Shown: one piece after another, positions 1-9,165 of the stretch
Numbering within the stretch: the first letter of the stretch is position 1
How the letters are laid out: each line of letters opens with the position of its first letter
Origin: a virus
Reading direction: 5' to 3' (one strand)
IMG/VR virus record: IMGVR_UViG_3300034374_012521
Coordinates: 54,057 to 118,056 of that record
Length of the DNA stretch: 64,000 bases
Translations under genes and position numbers: made by a program
The notes under the pieces: model-generated
The model's database searches: none
Seen by the model: only the letters and a program-made list of their open reading frames with translations
Told to the model about the DNA's origin: nothing

Positions 1-349
1 AGAATGACTCTGGAGAAGCACTTTTATTTTCTATTACATTTTTACCTTCGAACTCAACAGTAGGTAAAATATATGCTATTAGGGTTGGTAAAACCTTTTT
101 TGAAATTCGATTGAAAGCCGCGTTAAAAATCGCACGGTCAGATTTTTTTTCGATATTTCCTGAAGAAATCTCTTTAATGTTTTCAAGCCATGCATCAACT
201 AAAGAAATAGCAATATCATACGGTTTGATGGATTCACCATTAATCTCAATCTCCTTATCTAAGGGTAAGCCAGATCCGGACCAATTAACATTTAATGCTT
301 CGTCAAGGGAAAGAAAGTACCTTTTAGAAAAGCTATGTATGTTTTCCAT
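1..349 (-). CDS. Hypothetical protein, 3'-truncated by the window edge; N-terminal capsid-targeting-like peptide
   Basis: Not in the ORF track. Read by hand from ATG at 349: MENIHSFSKRYFLSLDEALNVNWSGSGLPLDKEIEING..., open to the window start; GATATATA motif at 367-374 upstream. Confidence 0.7.
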   Translation of the reverse strand, partial: MENIHSFSKRYFLSLDEALNVNWSGSGLPLDKEIEINGESIKPYDIAISLVDAWLENIKEISSGNIEKKSDRAIFNAAFNRISKKVLPTLIAYILPTVEFEGKNVIENKSASPESF

Positions 350-365
350 TAGGAAGATTTTTAGC

Positions 366-1742
366 TTATATATCTTCCTCGTCCTCCTCTTCTAGATCAA
401 AAATCTCAATCTCGGGGTCAATAGAAATGCTCTTAGGTACTATTGATTTAGGAATAAGTGATGCAGATTTGTTTTTCTTTAAGGCATCAGTAACCTTTTT
501 AACAATCTGTTTCTGCTTTGTGATTGCTTTTTTAGTTTCTTGGATACGCTTTTTGATGTCCTTAATCATATTTTCGGTTTCCTTAATATGATCAGATGAA
601 AGCTTCACTATCTGTATTTGAGAAAGTCTGGATGATATCCATTTAGCAAATTTATTGAGAAATTCTACAATCTCCTTATTTTGCCTTTTCTTTTGACTCA
701 TGAAGATAAGGAACTTAAGTTTTGCCTCGAGAAATTCCAGATCAAGCTTAAGGTCTACCTCATCCTTCATTAACCTCTTAAGTCGAACATTTTCTAAATG
801 GACCTTAAAAGAATCTAGATATGACTTTACAGAATCGAACTGAGCTACAGAGCCATCTTTAATGAACACAACATTTTCCCTGACAACTATTTGGGTCTGT
901 TTCTTAATGACATCCACTGCATCTTTAAATTCCTTTGGAGAAACCTTTTTTAGTGATATGCCAATGTCACACTTACTTTGCGAGTTGTTTTGCATATAGT
1001 ATTCATACCCATATGCTTCGAGTTTAGTCAGAAGTTTTTTCATGAAAGACTCGTACCTCATAATTGGAGGAAGATCGAATATCCTGATCGTCTTTTTCCT
1101 TTCATTTATTTCAAATCCACTCTCTATGATCCAGGAATCATCGGAATCTAGTTTATAGATTTTACCAGAAAAGTCTTTAAAATATGGTTTAAGAAGTTTG
1201 TTTTTCCCCTCCAAATATTCTACAATATCCTCAACCTTACGTGGCAAGATGTTGCTTCGATATCCTACAGCAATCCCTACTATGTGAGTTAAGAGACCAA
1301 TTGGTATTTCCAAATGAAGCCAATCGTGACCACCTTCCTCATTTTTTTCATTAAGGTCTTTGTGCTTTTCTACAATATCCTTAATGTTCCTATTAATCTT
1401 AACTGCAGTGTATCTCGGGGCAGAAGGGTTAGGGTTAACAGGGGAACCGAAGAATCCATCACCCTCTAAAATTTCAAAGGAACAACCAAAGGGTCTAGCT
1501 AATTTGGAAATTGCACCAGCTAAAGAAGAATCTCCGTGATGGTATAGACCAGTACGGATAACTTCCCCAACAAGCCCAATTGTCTTATTAAAAGAATTTG
1601 GACTGTTTTCAATAATGATCCTTTGTACTGGAGTTAAGGAATCATAAAAGTTAGGAATTCCTCTTGATTGTAAGACATAAAGGGCATAATCCCTATATTT
1701 CTCATTTATCTGTTCTGTAATAGTTAATGTATTCGCCACCAA
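366..1742 (-). CDS. DNA topoisomerase II medium subunit (T4 gp52 / GyrA-ParC-like)
   Basis: YALYVLQSRGIP-x3-DSLTPVQR, YHHGDSS, SAPRYT (catalytic Tyr). Confidence 0.92.
   Translation of the reverse strand: MVANTLTITEQINEKYRDYALYVLQSRGIPNFYDSLTPVQRIIIENSPNSFNKTIGLVGEVIRTGLYHHGDSSLAGAISKLARPFGCSFEILEGDGFFGSPVNPNPSAPRYTAVKINRNIKDIVEKHKDLNEKNEEGGHDWLHLEIPIGLLTHIVGIAVGYRSNILPRKVEDIVEYLEGKNKLLKPYFKDFSGKIYKLDSDDSWIIESGFEINERKKTIRIFDLPPIMRYESFMKKLLTKLEAYGYEYYMQNNSQSKCDIGISLKKVSPKEFKDAVDVIKKQTQIVVRENVVFIKDGSVAQFDSVKSYLDSFKVHLENVRLKRLMKDEVDLKLDLEFLEAKLKFLIFMSQKKRQNKEIVEFLNKFAKWISSRLSQIQIVKLSSDHIKETENMIKDIKKRIQETKKAITKQKQIVKKVTDALKKNKSASLIPKSIVPKSISIDPEIEIFDLEEEDEEDI
367..374 (-). promoter_or_regulatory. 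Putative late-type promoter GATATATA
   Basis: Recurrent octamer upstream of many genes; here formed by the last codons GAT ATA TAA of the topoisomerase gene. Confidence 0.55.
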
Positions 1743-1794
1743 TAATTGATTTACGGTAGTTCTATAATACTGAGGAAAGTTTGTTTCTAATTAT

Positions 1795-2874
1795 TTAAAC
1801 ATCATCTAGCTGGACAACGGCTAACTTAATAGATCTTTGCCCCTCGCTTTTAAGCTTATCTATTACCTCCTTGAGATCCCCAGAATTAGCAAAAACGATA
1901 CAGCCAGCAGAATATGTGTTTACATTCCGTGAGGTTCCTCTTGAACTAGCTCTGTGTATATTGATGCCGAATTTCCCGGTTTCTGTGTTACCAGGGGAAA
2001 AAGTTTTAAAGTCAATTTCTCCAGGCCCATTGACAGGTTCGTAGCGGTCAACAGTAATGTTACCGTTCTGTACAAAAGCTGGATATCCGTTGTGCTTTCC
2101 TATTTTGTAATCATAGACACCAGGTTGTACAATTGCTAACCCCTTAGGGTTAATAATATCTTTTTTGCCGTGTGTCATATACCAGTTCCTAAACTGTTGG
2201 ACCATAAACATTGGCCCGGGTACAGTGGTTGCCTTGAAAGCCCACACTTTATTATCCGACTCTGGAGACATTAGTACCAAAGCGTCAATAAAGTGGTTGT
2301 GAGATCTTTTCTTTTGGCTCAACTTATTCCTTAGGGCAACTAGTGTATATTTGTCCTTGTCGATCTTATTCCATTCTCCAGAAGATTCTAAAAATCCCTT
2401 GACCTTATTCCAAGTTAAACTATTAATTCCTCTATAGGTGTATGGAGAACTTGGCGGAAGTAAGGAAGCATTTGGTTCTATTGCTTCAAATGAGTTATCA
2501 TTACTTCTAGCAATCTCTACGTTTCTTTCAACTCTTTCCCTTTCGGATCTGTTACCCCTGATATAAGATGCTATTTCATCAGATGTTTGTGGGGAATCTG
2601 AAACATTACCAGTCTCTATGTCAGTATTAGCTAATAGCCAATCCTCTAGCCCCCGTCCAACTTTAGTTGCCATTAAGAGGTCTAATCCGCTTATCTTACC
2701 TTTACCAAAAATTGTTCTCTTCTTTTGAGTTCCACCAGAATTTGTGGATTTGGAGGAAGATGAGGTTGGGGAATAAGCCTGATTAGTAGCTTGTTGTATA
2801 AACTCCCCAGCAGTTGAAGCTTCAGCCTCGTCTAATTTTTTCCTGAATTCACCAAAAGACTTTATCCTTCCCAT
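1795..2874 (-). CDS. Putative virion protein with C-terminal L,D-transpeptidase (YkuD)-like H-x14-SxGC domain
   Basis: FGINIHRASSRGTSRNVNTYSAGCIVF; N-terminal MGRIKSFGEFRKKLDEA peptide. Confidence 0.55.
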   Translation of the reverse strand: MGRIKSFGEFRKKLDEAEASTAGEFIQQATNQAYSPTSSSSKSTNSGGTQKKRTIFGKGKISGLDLLMATKVGRGLEDWLLANTDIETGNVSDSPQTSDEIASYIRGNRSERERVERNVEIARSNDNSFEAIEPNASLLPPSSPYTYRGINSLTWNKVKGFLESSGEWNKIDKDKYTLVALRNKLSQKKRSHNHFIDALVLMSPESDNKVWAFKATTVPGPMFMVQQFRNWYMTHGKKDIINPKGLAIVQPGVYDYKIGKHNGYPAFVQNGNITVDRYEPVNGPGEIDFKTFSPGNTETGKFGINIHRASSRGTSRNVNTYSAGCIVFANSGDLKEVIDKLKSEGQRSIKLAVVQLDDV

Positions 2875-2884
2875 AGATTGGAAA

Positions 2885-2901
2885 TATTTATCTTATATAT
2901 C
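2885..2901 (-). promoter_or_regulatory. Tandem GATATATA (2894-2901) and GATAAATA (2885-2892) late-type promoter motifs
   Basis: Intergenic, directly upstream of the ATG at 2874. Confidence 0.55.
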
Positions 2902-2911
2902 CTATGGAGTG

Positions 2912-3256
2912 TTATTCTTTACCGCTGAAAGAATAAAAGAATACAACCAGACTATTCAATAGCACACTAACCCCGCTTGAAAGAAATCCATATGCAATGG
3001 TAGTAAGAGGATAGGATATCCAAAAATTGTGGGGCTGGGACGAAAGGTCACCCAGAGGATTATAAATAATTTCGCCGGTTGCTAAAATCCCCAGAATTAT
3101 GCCAACCCAGAAACCACTACACTGCATACAGGAAAAAAGCTTATGTAATGTAGGAGCTTTAATAAGAAGGTAGACTCTTAATCGGTCAAAAATAGTTCCA
3201 TTTACTAGGATGGAGGTGATTGACCAGGCAATTAGTATAAAATATAAATCTTTCAT
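2912..3256 (-). CDS. Small membrane protein (DUF1360-like)
   Basis: Three hydrophobic segments; IFDRLR...LFSCMQCSGFWVG motif. Confidence 0.6.
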   Translation of the reverse strand: MKDLYFILIAWSITSILVNGTIFDRLRVYLLIKAPTLHKLFSCMQCSGFWVGIILGILATGEIIYNPLGDLSSQPHNFWISYPLTTIAYGFLSSGVSVLLNSLVVFFYSFSGKE

Positions 3257-4275
3257 TAGAAATGATCCTTGTAGTTTTCTATAAATTCTTGCTGATTGGG
3301 GGATAAATTTTTAGGTACTTTTATACCAATCTTAACCAATATATCTCCTCGGTAAGTCGAGTTAAATTCAGGAACCCCCTTACCAGCTAATCTAAAAATC
3401 TTTCCGGGTGGTGTTCCAGGTGGAATTGTAATTTTATATTCTCCTCCGGAAACTAGATTAGGAATATGGACCTCCTTACCAAGGCATGCTTCTGGGAAAG
3501 AAAGATCTACATCACATATCAAATTATACCCATCTCTTCTGAAAAATTCGTGTTTTTTGTCATAGACATTAACAACAAGATCACCAGGGTCTGATGGGGA
3601 TTTAGCATGATCTCCTTTTTGAGGAACTCTAAATGTTATACCAGTAACAGATCCCTTTGGAATCTGAATTTCAATCTGGTCTGGCTTTCTAACAACCCCT
3701 GCTCCTCCACAGGTTTTACACATTGACTTTGGAATCTTTCCTGTGCCTTCACATGCATAACAGGTTTCATCCATTGCCATTTGGCCAAAATTGGTATTTA
3801 CTATTCGTCTTTTAACACCCATTCCAGCACAGACATGGCAGGTATCAAGTTCCGAGTTATGTGCACCAGTTCCTTTACAATCAGAACATTGCATCTTCCT
3901 GTAAAGGTTAGCGTTCTTCTTAGTCCCATTGAGAACCTCTTCTAAGGTAATTTCAACTTTTGCGTTGATGTTGTTACCTTTTTTGATAACATCACCCTCA
4001 TAGAAATTACTACCTCTAAAACCCCCGAAATCACCACCAAAGGGATTTCTACCAAAACCTCCAAAGGGATTTGGATTATCATATTTAGATTTCTTTTCGG
4101 GATTACTGAGTGTATCGTAAGCCTCAGCTATTTCTTTGAACTTTTTCTCAGATTCCGGATCACCACCTGATTTATCTGGGTGATATTTCAGGGCTAATTT
4201 TCGATAAGCCTTCTTTATCTCCTCAGGAGTAGAATTCCTATTTACTCCAAGTATATTGTAATAATCTGGCTTCAT
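3256..4275 (-). CDS. dnaJ: Chaperone DnaJ
   Basis: J domain with HPD, G/F-rich region, four CxxCxGxG repeats, C-terminal domain. Confidence 0.96.
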   Translation of the reverse strand: MKPDYYNILGVNRNSTPEEIKKAYRKLALKYHPDKSGGDPESEKKFKEIAEAYDTLSNPEKKSKYDNPNPFGGFGRNPFGGDFGGFRGSNFYEGDVIKKGNNINAKVEITLEEVLNGTKKNANLYRKMQCSDCKGTGAHNSELDTCHVCAGMGVKRRIVNTNFGQMAMDETCYACEGTGKIPKSMCKTCGGAGVVRKPDQIEIQIPKGSVTGITFRVPQKGDHAKSPSDPGDLVVNVYDKKHEFFRRDGYNLICDVDLSFPEACLGKEVHIPNLVSGGEYKITIPPGTPPGKIFRLAGKGVPEFNSTYRGDILVKIGIKVPKNLSPNQQEFIENYKDHF

Positions 4276-4284
4276 GTATTATCC

Positions 4285-4632
4285 TTAGAAAGAGGATTTA
4301 AGCCATTCTCGAATTACCATTTCTTTCCCTCTGTCTAATGGGGGAATATCAAACCATTTTTTCTTTAGTTGCTTCCTCAGCGAAACTATCTCACCACAAA
4401 TTTCGTAGTCTTCTTCTGATTCCCAATATGAAATCATCCTGCTACAAAAATCATCTATCTTTTCCTCGTCATCGAAAATATAAACGAAATCCTCTGGTTG
4501 TAATCTCAAAGCATTTAGAAACAAGTCCTGTACTGCTCTTTCCACATGGCACTTCAAGATAGCATATTGTGGATGATCGTCAAACGAAGATCCCCAATCA
4601 AAAAAGTGATAGCTTCCAGGTCCTATATTCAT
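4285..4632 (-). CDS. Hypothetical protein
   Basis: 115 aa ORF in operon context; EDYEICGEI resembles a UVR-type motif. Confidence 0.7.
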   Translation of the reverse strand: MNIGPGSYHFFDWGSSFDDHPQYAILKCHVERAVQDLFLNALRLQPEDFVYIFDDEEKIDDFCSRMISYWESEEDYEICGEIVSLRKQLKKKWFDIPPLDRGKEMVIREWLKSSF

Positions 4633-4639
4633 TGGTTTG

Positions 4640-4891
4640 TTATGAGTCTAAAAATCTATATATCTCTATATAAACCTTTTGGTCGACTAAATCGCTAAAA
4701 TTAACTTTAAGTTTATCCAAAACGAGATCTACCTTATCCTTACCAAAGTTTGAATATAATACATCCCTTTTTATTTGCATTTCCATTTCATCGTCCCTTT
4801 TATATCTTACGGGAGAATCTTTTAGGTTAAGAATCGTTTTTTCAAATTCTTCAAATTTTTTTAGATCTTCTTTTGTTAACTCTTCAGGCAT
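4640..4891 (-). CDS. Hypothetical protein
   Basis: 83 aa ORF overlapping the upstream gene stop. Confidence 0.65.
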   Translation of the reverse strand: MPEELTKEDLKKFEEFEKTILNLKDSPVRYKRDDEMEMQIKRDVLYSNFGKDKVDLVLDKLKVNFSDLVDQKVYIEIYRFLDS

Positions 4892-5823
4892 AGGATTTGT
4901 TCGATATTATTGTGGTAATCTAAAAGGGCTTTATCTTTCTGTTTTACCTCCAATTCTATATCAAATTCAAATCCATATGTTTCGATCTTTTCGTGTATCC
5001 AGTCTGAGTGTGCTAGTTCCTTAGCAGAGGCATCTTCAAACAGTGCTCTGGATTCTGAAAAGTGAGCTAAAGGGGTTATTCCATCTGGCCATGTATCTAT
5101 ACAAACCTTAAGTGATTGCTTTTCAGAAAGTCCTTGTGGTGGATTACAACGATTATGCAGGTAATCGAATGTTATTGGGATACCTATCTGATCATGTACC
5201 ATATTTTTCAAATCGACTGAGGTGTACTGGGAAGTCTTGTCATCAACCTCAACAACCAGTCTTGACTTGACAGATTCAGGGAGCAGATTAAAGTTCTCAC
5301 AGAATCTTTTTGCAGCTTCCGGTTTCGTGGGTTGTGTTGTATTAACATGTATGTTAATCGGATAATAGTGGTTCCTAGGTAAACCCATCAGATCCATAAT
5401 TTCGCCGTGCTGCCTAAGCTCCTTAATTGCGTTTTCAACAACGTCATTTCTCAGCGAAGCTAAAACAGAATATGGTGAAGGATGGAAGGTGATTCTTTGT
5501 CCGGTTGATAAAGCTACTTCTCCTGCTTCTTTAAGGGAAGCTTTTATATCACTTATATGTGGCAGATCATCAAGCTCATATTCTGAACACCAAGGAAACA
5601 TGTCGGAACTCATCCTATACATAAGGATTTCATTTTCATGATTCCATTCAAGAATTCTCTTAAGATCCTTCACGTTTTGCAAAGAAAGTTCAGAAGCATA
5701 CTCGATGCCCTTTGTTAAAAAGGTCTTTTTGGTCATAGACCTATTTGTTGTAATTCTATCCTTCTTTTTGACTCCATCGTTTAGAGAAAGATTGATACAA
5801 CAATATCCGAATTTCCTTTGCAT
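4876..5823 (-). CDS. uvsE: UV damage endonuclease (UvsE/UvdE)
   Basis: GYCCIN, YRMSSDMFPW, RITFHP, INIH, RLVVE, FDYLH, HFSE, AHSD, ELEVKQKD. Start moved from 5925 to ATG 5823 (MQRKFGYCC) to avoid overlap with the topoisomerase gene. Confidence 0.92.
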   Translation of the reverse strand: MQRKFGYCCINLSLNDGVKKKDRITTNRSMTKKTFLTKGIEYASELSLQNVKDLKRILEWNHENEILMYRMSSDMFPWCSEYELDDLPHISDIKASLKEAGEVALSTGQRITFHPSPYSVLASLRNDVVENAIKELRQHGEIMDLMGLPRNHYYPINIHVNTTQPTKPEAAKRFCENFNLLPESVKSRLVVEVDDKTSQYTSVDLKNMVHDQIGIPITFDYLHNRCNPPQGLSEKQSLKVCIDTWPDGITPLAHFSESRALFEDASAKELAHSDWIHEKIETYGFEFDIELEVKQKDKALLDYHNNIEQILCLKS

Positions 5824-5863
5824 AGGGTAATTATAATGCTTTATCCGTTTGATAAAAAATGAA

Positions 5864-7642
5864 TCAGGAAAAATTTGATAACCAAACCTTTCTAGCATCA
5901 GAAGATTTACCAAAAGCCATCTCAAGCATAGAATTGGATTTCCGGTCCTTTACAATCTTTGTAATTTTTTTATTCTTCATTACATAGTCCCAATCATCGA
6001 GGGAAAGAGAGCCTAACCCCTTTAAATATCGAACATTTGAAATTCTTTTACCCTGGCTCTTTGTTTTGAATTCATCCAGTGAATAGTAATAGGTTTTGCT
6101 CCTATCACCAACTGAAACCAGAGGGGTTTCTAAAAAGCTTAATCTTTTATTTTCCACAATCCATGGGAACCATTTGAAGAAAAGATTAATTAAAAGGGAA
6201 GTAATGTGAGCACCGTCAGGATCTTGGTCGGTAGCAATAACTATATTATCATAGGGACAAGACAGATCCGGTCTTTCGGGCTCCAAGTTTAGTATTTGCA
6301 TCAACTCCAGGATCTCTTTGTTGTCAGCAAGATCAGATAAGCTCCTTGCATTTTTTATTTTACCCTTGAGAGCATAAACACCATCTCTATTTGGATTTCT
6401 TTTTTGCAAAATCGATCCCATTGCACTTAACCCTTCAACTATAAAAAGGTTCTCTGCATTTCTTGAGGTTGGTGGAAAATATTTGTTGGAAAATTTTACC
6501 CTAGTATTCTTTTTCTCTTTCCGTATTCTTTTAAGACTTGCATCTCTTTTTCTTGCCTCAACCTCTTTCCTAATTTTCTTAAAAAGGGGTGTGCTGTAAA
6601 ATTTCTTCAGCGAAGAGGAAAAAGTGTTTACAATTATGTTCTCTATATCTTCTCTCCTGGTGACAAATTTGGTCTTATTCTGATCACCGAATTTTACCAA
6701 AGCTGGGGGTAAGTTAATTATTAGACAAAAGTCATAAAAGTGGTGCGCAAGGGAATCGTCTAAAGCATTATTAATTTGATCTGCTATTATCTTCTGGTGA
6801 ATTCCAGTACATATAGCAGAGTTTACGAATGAAAAAGATCCGGAGTTAGGTGTTTTTTCCCAAATTAGAAGCTCTCCTATTTTTGTTTTATATGAAAGCT
6901 GCTTAAATACTGACGTGTCAACCGGAATTGTCTTTCCATCCCAGATGAAATTCAATTTAATATCCTTCGTATTTGATTCAGTCTCAAGTACCCTTTTCTT
7001 TAACAATAGTTGGGAGAGAAGGACATCCTTGTTCCATTTACACTTATCAAAAATATTGGGAAGGGGTGTGAAGCTTACTGTTGTTCCCAATTTATTTCTT
7101 CCTTTCTTTAAGATTTTGGGTTTTTGTGCCTTAAAGTTTTTCCACTCCTGATAATAGTATTCCTTTGCATTAGTGGTCTCAATGGAAAAAAAGCTGGACA
7201 TAGCATTCACAAGGCTTACCCCCATCCCGTTTGTCCCAATTAGGGTTTCAGAGACGTTTTCGTTATCAAAATTTGATCCCGCTCTTAACATCGAAACCGC
7301 AGTTGCAATATTTGTTAAGCCACTTTTTTTATTAATTGAGGATCCATTTGTAAATCCCTCACCAGTGTCTGTAATTTTAATTGTGTTGGTTTTGGAATCC
7401 ACCTCAATTGTAATAGATCCCATGTTCTTTTTCATTCTTTTAGCTTCATCAACACAATTGGAAAAAACCTCATCAAACAGCTTATACATTCCAACTGAAA
7501 GAGAATATCCCACTGAATCTATCCTATCACTTTTGACCGCGGGGACTACCTCCTCACTTAACTTAACAGAGCCAACATAAATAGTAGGCCTTTTTAAAAT
7601 GTGTTCAAAATCGGTTAATACCTGTATATCTTTTGTAGCCAT
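5864..7642 (-). CDS. DNA topoisomerase II large subunit (T4 gp39+gp60 / GyrB-like, unsplit)
   Basis: EHILKRP-x-YVGS, GHKL N-box (EVFSNCVDE), GTNGMGVS, TOPRIM EGLSA, LKGKIKN, DQDPDGAHI, RYLKGLGS. Confidence 0.93.
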   Translation of the reverse strand: MATKDIQVLTDFEHILKRPTIYVGSVKLSEEVVPAVKSDRIDSVGYSLSVGMYKLFDEVFSNCVDEAKRMKKNMGSITIEVDSKTNTIKITDTGEGFTNGSSINKKSGLTNIATAVSMLRAGSNFDNENVSETLIGTNGMGVSLVNAMSSFFSIETTNAKEYYYQEWKNFKAQKPKILKKGRNKLGTTVSFTPLPNIFDKCKWNKDVLLSQLLLKKRVLETESNTKDIKLNFIWDGKTIPVDTSVFKQLSYKTKIGELLIWEKTPNSGSFSFVNSAICTGIHQKIIADQINNALDDSLAHHFYDFCLIINLPPALVKFGDQNKTKFVTRREDIENIIVNTFSSSLKKFYSTPLFKKIRKEVEARKRDASLKRIRKEKKNTRVKFSNKYFPPTSRNAENLFIVEGLSAMGSILQKRNPNRDGVYALKGKIKNARSLSDLADNKEILELMQILNLEPERPDLSCPYDNIVIATDQDPDGAHITSLLINLFFKWFPWIVENKRLSFLETPLVSVGDRSKTYYYSLDEFKTKSQGKRISNVRYLKGLGSLSLDDWDYVMKNKKITKIVKDRKSNSMLEMAFGKSSDARKVWLSNFS

Positions 7643-7691
7643 TAGCTATAATTGTTTGAGTTTATATGTCAAGCGCTTGATTTAATTTCAC

Positions 7692-7716
7692 AAAAAAAGC
7701 GGGAAGACCCGCTTTT
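7692..7716 (-). terminator. Intrinsic terminator
   Basis: Minus strand AAAAGCGGG-TCTT-CCCGC followed by a T7 tract, downstream of 7738..8268. Confidence 0.8.
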
Positions 7717-7737
7717 GTAAAAGTTTATTCATGATGA

Positions 7738-8268
7738 TTACTCACCTGCTGGCTCAAAATAGATCTCCTCAATCTTGATTGGTAAAATCTTCGCCTCGTA
7801 TCCCTTATCCTTAAGAGAAACTGGGATTCCTATAACATAATCCTTGCCCTCAATTGTTTCTACTCGATCAACAATGAATTCAGAATCAAAGAAAATTGTT
7901 CTTTTATCACCAAATCTGTTTAGATCAAAATCAAACTCTTCAGCATCTACATCTTTATCAATAGATTTTCCGATAGTAGATTTATATTGTCTTGCAAGTC
8001 TTTCCCTTTCTTGGTTAATTATATCCTTTACGTAGTCTGGTGCCCCTTTACCCTGTGTGGGTACTTCTGCAATTGCTGTGATAGATTCAATCTGACCAGC
8101 CTCTTTTTGAGCCAAAAGGTCTCTTAATGTAGGGATTACCTCAGAATATTTAAGCTCCATTTCAGGCCTAACGTTTACGTTTTTTCTGAACTTGGACTCG
8201 TCATAAACAGGAGTTACTCCTTCGTAAATAGAATTAGCAAAATCCTCATATAGTTTTAAATTGTTCAT
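7738..8268 (-). CDS. Hypothetical protein with capsid-targeting-like N-terminus
   Basis: MNNLKLYEDFANSIYEG; GATATATA at 8288-8295; own terminator. Confidence 0.75.
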   Translation of the reverse strand: MNNLKLYEDFANSIYEGVTPVYDESKFRKNVNVRPEMELKYSEVIPTLRDLLAQKEAGQIESITAIAEVPTQGKGAPDYVKDIINQERERLARQYKSTIGKSIDKDVDAEEFDFDLNRFGDKRTIFFDSEFIVDRVETIEGKDYVIGIPVSLKDKGYEAKILPIKIEEIYFEPAGE

Positions 8269-8286
8269 CTCGAAAAATTTGTTTTT

Positions 8287-8568
8287 TTATATATCTTCAA
8301 GGGTTGGGTGTTTAGTAATCTTTACCTTTAATGTACCACTGCCCTTAATTATTCTATGCCAGGTACCAGCTTTAATAGATATTTCACCATTACATTTAAT
8401 TGGAAGCTGGTTATCAAACTGAAACATCCAATCATTGGGTTCAAAAAATTGTATAGTTCTGTCCTCCCAATCCTGATGCCACTTTAATTCAACCGGATCT
8501 ATCCCAGAGTCAAAGCATCGGATATACTCTGTGCTTGAAATCTTTTCCTCTGAAAATGGCCTTACCAA
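8287..8568 (-). CDS. Small cupin-like protein
   Basis: ELKWHQDWEDR ... ISIKAGTWHRIIKG, two-motif cupin pattern. Confidence 0.6.
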   Translation of the reverse strand: MVRPFSEEKISSTEYIRCFDSGIDPVELKWHQDWEDRTIQFFEPNDWMFQFDNQLPIKCNGEISIKAGTWHRIIKGSGTLKVKITKHPTLEDI

Positions 8569-9119
8569 GGGTTAGAAGATTTAAGTCCCAAAAGTTTGTG
8601 ATATCTATGAACATTACAAGACCAATATCTCGGTTTCCATTTTGGCCCAGGTTCAGTACAGCGGTGTCTTGCTCTAAATGACTTTGAAGCTTTTTTATCA
8701 TCGTTTTTTATCCTTTGGCCAGGTTGTCCAAATCTTACCTTTACAACTCTTCCCTCACCGTTTTTTGTGTAAACTGCAAATTTTCGAGTTTCCCCTGGAG
8801 TTCTAAAAGGCTTATTTAACTTTACCTTTCTTCCTTGGTACTCTTCCTCATTGATCTCAAATGGAACATCAAGAATAACCTCTTGACCCCTATAATTAGC
8901 TTTCTCACCAGCATCTGTGCTGATGAGGAAAACATCATCAAGTCCAAGATCAATCTCTTCGTTCAACCAAAGTATCCTAGATTCGTTTATTAGATCCAGC
9001 CAAGAATCTGATTCAATCCGGTAAACGCTTTCCATTAAGGAAAGGCCTTCGTCTAAATGGTACTTAAGAGACTCGCTTATATTGTGGGATGTGTATGATG
9101 TAAAGCTCCTTAATTTCAT
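8562..9119 (-). CDS. Conserved phage protein (DUF6321-like C-terminus) with capsid-targeting-like N-terminus
   Basis: KLNKPFRTPG..KFAVY...VRFG...SFRARHRC...YWSC; MKLRSFTSYTSHNISES; GATATATA at 9124-9131. Confidence 0.65.
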   Translation of the reverse strand: MKLRSFTSYTSHNISESLKYHLDEGLSLMESVYRIESDSWLDLINESRILWLNEEIDLGLDDVFLISTDAGEKANYRGQEVILDVPFEINEEEYQGRKVKLNKPFRTPGETRKFAVYTKNGEGRVVKVRFGQPGQRIKNDDKKASKSFRARHRCTEPGPKWKPRYWSCNVHRYHKLLGLKSSNPW

Positions 9120-9165
9120 ACTTTATATATCGATTAGGTATCGAATAAGGTAGAAATTATAGGGT

